A DNA stretch of 61,746 nucleotides, filler included, from Globobulimina sp. (taxonomy: Eukaryota), in the NCBI GenBank assembly GCA_003354225.1. It is 19 parts of 19 records of this genome, joined end to end, with 100 filler letters (N's around TTAATTAATTAA, not from the genome) between each part and the next. Parts side by side here need not be neighbours in the genome. Positions count along the whole stretch, not along the records: positions 55,344 to 58,495 come from PIVH01003574.1; positions 58,596 to 61,746 come from PIVH01003575.1; 17 more parts are not named here. The stretch is one strand, 5' to 3'. Positions 58,106-61,746 of the stretch are shown piece after piece. Every line of letters starts with the position of its first letter. Position 1 is the first letter of the stretch. Under the pieces are notes generated by a model. The model ran no database searches, had not been told where the DNA came from, and saw only the letters and a list, made by a program, of their open reading frames with translations. Position numbers and translations under genes: made by a program.

Positions 58106-58595
58106 GATTAAAGAGATTAAAGTTATTTACAGATAGAGTTTTCTAGATTAAACGTATTTTGAAGTTAAAATTTTGAACAAGACAGATAAGATGAAAACCA
58201 GCTTAAATAAATCTTTTTGCCCATACGATTAAAAAGTCCTATTAACCGAAGAGCATCCTGTTTTCAACGTCACATTATTAGAGAAACGAAGGCAAAGCTA
58301 GTGTTTTTACCTTTCAGTCACCAGAAACGGTTTGTGTTTTTATCAAAAACATTTAAATATATAACAATATGACATTTATGGGAAACTATACAACTATAAT
58401 TTTAACGTTGTAGTGTGTGTGAATGCCATCCTACAAATTGGACATTTTTTTGGCTCCATTCTCGTTTCGCATTCACTACACAGAACAAAGTGATTNNNNN
58501 NNNNNNNNNNNNNNNNNNNNNNNNNNNNNNNNNNNNNNNTTAATTAATTAANNNNNNNNNNNNNNNNNNNNNNNNNNNNNNNNNNNNNNNNNNNN

Positions 58596-58762
58596 GGATT
58601 CTGCAGAATCTTGCCTGAATATCGCAATATTAAATTTTGTATAATATCAATATTACAGTCTGCCATCGCAGCTAATTTCTCGTCATCTATTTTTTCTTCA
58701 TCTCGTTCTAAATTGTTTTCTTCATCACCTGCTTTTTCATCATCTAGCAATGAAGACTGCAT
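58596..58762 (-). CDS. Hypothetical protein N-terminus, truncated by contig end
   Basis: MQSSLLDDEKAGDEE.. open to the linker. Confidence 0.4.
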
Positions 58763-58795
58763 TAAATTGTTAGTCGTCAACTCTTAAGTCTTAAC

Positions 58796-61746
58796 ATGGA
58801 CACTGATTTTGATGGATTTATGAAAACTCTCGATGATTTGAATAAAAAAGAACCACCATCAGATACTGACAAACAAAGTGATTATGTTAAGCATCCTTCA
58901 TCTGAATATCGGAAATAATAAACAAACACTACTCAGGCTTCCAGTTTTGATGTTGATATCGACGATTTATTCTCAAGCAATACATCTCTAGAATTCGAAA
59001 CAAAACCAAAACCAAAACCAAACTCAAACTCAAACAATGAGAATCAGAATGAGAATGAAAATGAAAATGAAATGAAAATTGCGACATATTCGATGAAATC
59101 AGTCGATTCCAACAAGACTGGAGAATTTGCATCAATGCATAATCAGTTTATGCAATCTATCAAAGAGATTAAAGATTTAACACTATCTCAAGATACTATT
59201 GATATAAACGCCAGCATATCAACACCGAAATTGTCAGTTGACACTGCCTTGCATCAATTATTAGAACCACAGCCAGAGCACGACGACACTGTCGAATTGT
59301 CAATATCTGATATGAGTGACTCACAAATAACACTTCAAAATATTGATGATTTAGAATCCATTGCCTCACCGCCCACACACAATGACCATAACAACCATAA
59401 TAATAACATAAAACATTGTGATTCGGACTCAAATGCGCCTGAATATGATTTAGAAGCATTTGGCATTAAAGAAACTGCGCAATCCGCAGCAAATAAGCAA
59501 GCATCGCTGCGGACATCACTTCCATCAAAATCATCGTTTGACAATGATCCGAAATCTCTGCCAACGGTGCATATCCTAGACAGCATTCATAGCAATATAT
59601 CATCGATCGCATCAACTCCGTACTCCAAAAAAAGCACGCTCTCCAATGAAAACCGCGGAGATCTCACAAAATTAAAACTCAAAATAAAATCTCATAAAAA
59701 AAATAAGACAAACAACACAACAAATACTACAAATGCAGCATATGCGACTCCAATGTCAAAGAAAAACATAAATACATTCATTCAGACTCCCCGACATTCG
59801 CTTAAAATCTCAGTAAAAAACTCCAGAGCTAACTCAAAGTCCTCATCTCTTGCATGTTCGCCGAGTGCTAAACCCAAAACTGAGTGTCAATTAAATGAGA
59901 AAGATGATGTAATAAAACAACTCAAAGAAAACATACAAGAAATAACCAAAGAGTTTGAAAGAGAAAAAATTAAAATACGCGAAAATGCAGATATTAAAAT
60001 AAAAGAGGCCGAATCAAAAGCATTTGCTATAGAATGTAAATTAAAAGCAATGCCAAGATCGGACACACAAAATATGAGCAAAGAAATTGAATCAATGGAT
60101 CGGATTATTTGCGGCTTAAATGCAGAAAATGCGAAATTAACCAAACAATTAAAAGAACAAAGAATAGATTTGCGGCAAAGTCAGCAAATAATGTACACAG
60201 AAAATCAAAAAATAAATAATAACTTAATCAGCACTCAACAACAATTAACCGACATGACTGAGGATAAGATTTGTGAGTTACAACCAGCGGCATTCAATGA
60301 GATACAACGACTACGAAAAGAATTGAGTGACATTGACAAAACCAATAATTTGCGTCAACGCGAACTTGGTTTAGAAATAAATAAATTGAAACAGCACAAT
60401 GTATCGTTGCAATTTAAATTGAACGGAATGGATAAACAAACATTCGACGACCAATCGGATATAATTAAACAATTTAAAACGGAAACGCTCAAAATCCAAA
60501 AAAAATCGCAACAGCAAATTGACGAATTACAGAGGAAATTAAAATGGTACATAGAAAATCAGCAATTGATCAAAAATTTGAATGAAGAGATTAAATCCAA
60601 AAATGAAGAAATAATATCATTAAAATCATCGCAGTCACAGTCACTGTCACAATCACCCAAAACGAGTAAATATAAATTAAAGCCTGACGCGAACGAACAT
60701 CGTCAGATTGTTTCATTAAAGAAGAAAGTGTCTGATTTGGAGAGATTGCTATCGAGCAAACATCCCGATTCCATCGCCAATTTAATAACAATTATGAAAG
60801 GCAGTTATAATAACGTTGTTACTCAGCAATTGCGAGAAGAAATTGGTGCATTAAAAAAGGAATTAGATAATACCGAAGATGCGTCCTTGTCGCGACTGAG
60901 AGGTTCGCGGCAGGCAAATGACAAAATTATATTACAATTAAATACTAAGATTAATAATTTGCAAAAAGAATTAAAAAAATCAAAGAAGGATTTGGGATTT
61001 ATTCGGCCAAACATAAAAATCAAGCAATTAGAAAAACAAATTGCTGATTTGAAGAAATTACATAGTAAGAAAATAAATAAATTGTTAAAAGATAAAAAAA
61101 CGAATAAATTGCAATTGCCCAAAGATAAAAAAACGAGCAATAAGAAGAATGAGATTAAGTTTGAGGATGAAATGGAAACATTGCATATGAAATTAAATCA
61201 GAAAGAAGTAATGATAAATAATTTACAAATGATGGTTGAGACCGAAAAGCATAAACATAATGATTTAAAACAACAAATTTCTTCGTTGCGGACTCAGCTA
61301 AAAAATCTCATAAATAAACACAATAAGTCCGATACCAAAGAGATTATTGTTGATATCGATAATAATGACTGCAAAGTTGATATTATTGACAGTGAGAATA
61401 ATTATAAAATGGGCGGTGGTATGGAGGAAAGGGAGAAAATATATATTGAAAAGATTGCGATTTTGGAATCGGAGATAAATGGATATAAGGAACAGAGCAA
61501 AATATTGCATGATAAGCTATCTTTGGAGCAATCCAAAGGGGAACAATCTGTAAAAGCAGTCAAAAATGAATTGGAATGGAATAAATTGGAAAAAGCGAAA
61601 GCATTGCAAGTAATAAACAAACTTGAATTTGAGTTAAACCATGCAAAAAATATTCCGACTTATGTTGAATATCAAACCTTGTTAATGAAATTGGAGAAGA
61701 TTGAAGGAAGAAATAGTTCGCGGGAGAAAGAATTGGAACAAACATA
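58796..61746 (+). CDS. CEP162: CEP162-like centriolar coiled-coil protein; intron 58886-58936; 3' truncated (absent from the ORF track)
   Basis: Exon 2 frame from 58937 is the same at 60539 and 61679; GLNAENAKL, MYTENQKI, KLKWYIENQQLI, KHPDSIANLI and AKNIPT..SREKELEQ match, in order, CEP162 blocks as I recall them. Confidence 0.75.

Noticed and set aside
3160-58595. Regularly spaced TTAATTAATTAA motif in N runs, about every 3.26 kb
   Set aside because: Artificial contig linker. ORFs that run into X residues and any gene neighbourhood across linkers have no biological meaning.
58929-61745. Cluster of small minus-strand ORFs in the last contig
   Set aside because: Antisense shadows of the long CEP162-like + strand frame
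1-61746. rRNA, tRNA or other structured RNA genes
   Set aside because: None recognised by eye; tRNAscan-SE/Infernal would be needed to exclude them

Overview
This window is not one locus. It is a concatenation of 19 unrelated contigs of about 3.15 kb, sorted by decreasing length (3159 to 3151 bp) and joined by artificial 100-nt linkers (N44-TTAATTAATTAA-N44). Contigs: 1-3159, 3260-6418, 6519-9676, 9777-12934, 13035-16191, 16292-19448, 19549-22705, 22806-25961, 26062-29217, 29318-32472, 32573-35727, 35828-38981, 39082-42234, 42335-45487, 45588-48739, 48840-51991, 52092-55243, 55344-58495, 58596-61746. Most are AT-rich, gene-dense eukaryotic DNA in the standard code with short (mostly 51-73 nt) GT-AG introns. 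Their gene repertoire resembles foraminifera/Rhizaria, which is my inference and not a database result. They encode a SET-domain protein, a USP9/24/34-like DUB, SPRY-U-box, 7TM, THOC5, cullin, XPD, a sarcosine-oxidase-like flavoprotein, Kelch, RGS, an SDR, and a CEP162-like protein the ORF track missed. Contig 29318-32472 looks like a DNA virus of an animal: palindrome at the contig start, TATA-driven intronless ORFs, a Bcl-2 homologue ending in a CaaX box, and a degenerate dUTPase. Contig 35828-38981 is bacterial: a decayed RelBE-type TA pair, two AAA_14/DUF4143-type ATPases and short repeats. Best leads: (1) a tandem macrodomain-SAM / ADP-ribosyltransferase gene pair sharing an identical 22-aa N-terminal leader that differs only at synonymous sites; (2) an RPAP3-like TPR-GPN2 fusion; (3) the viral contig; (4) a PHD-like + ALKBH5-like locus; (5) repeat-flanked bacterial ATPase genes. 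All family calls come from motif recognition by eye.
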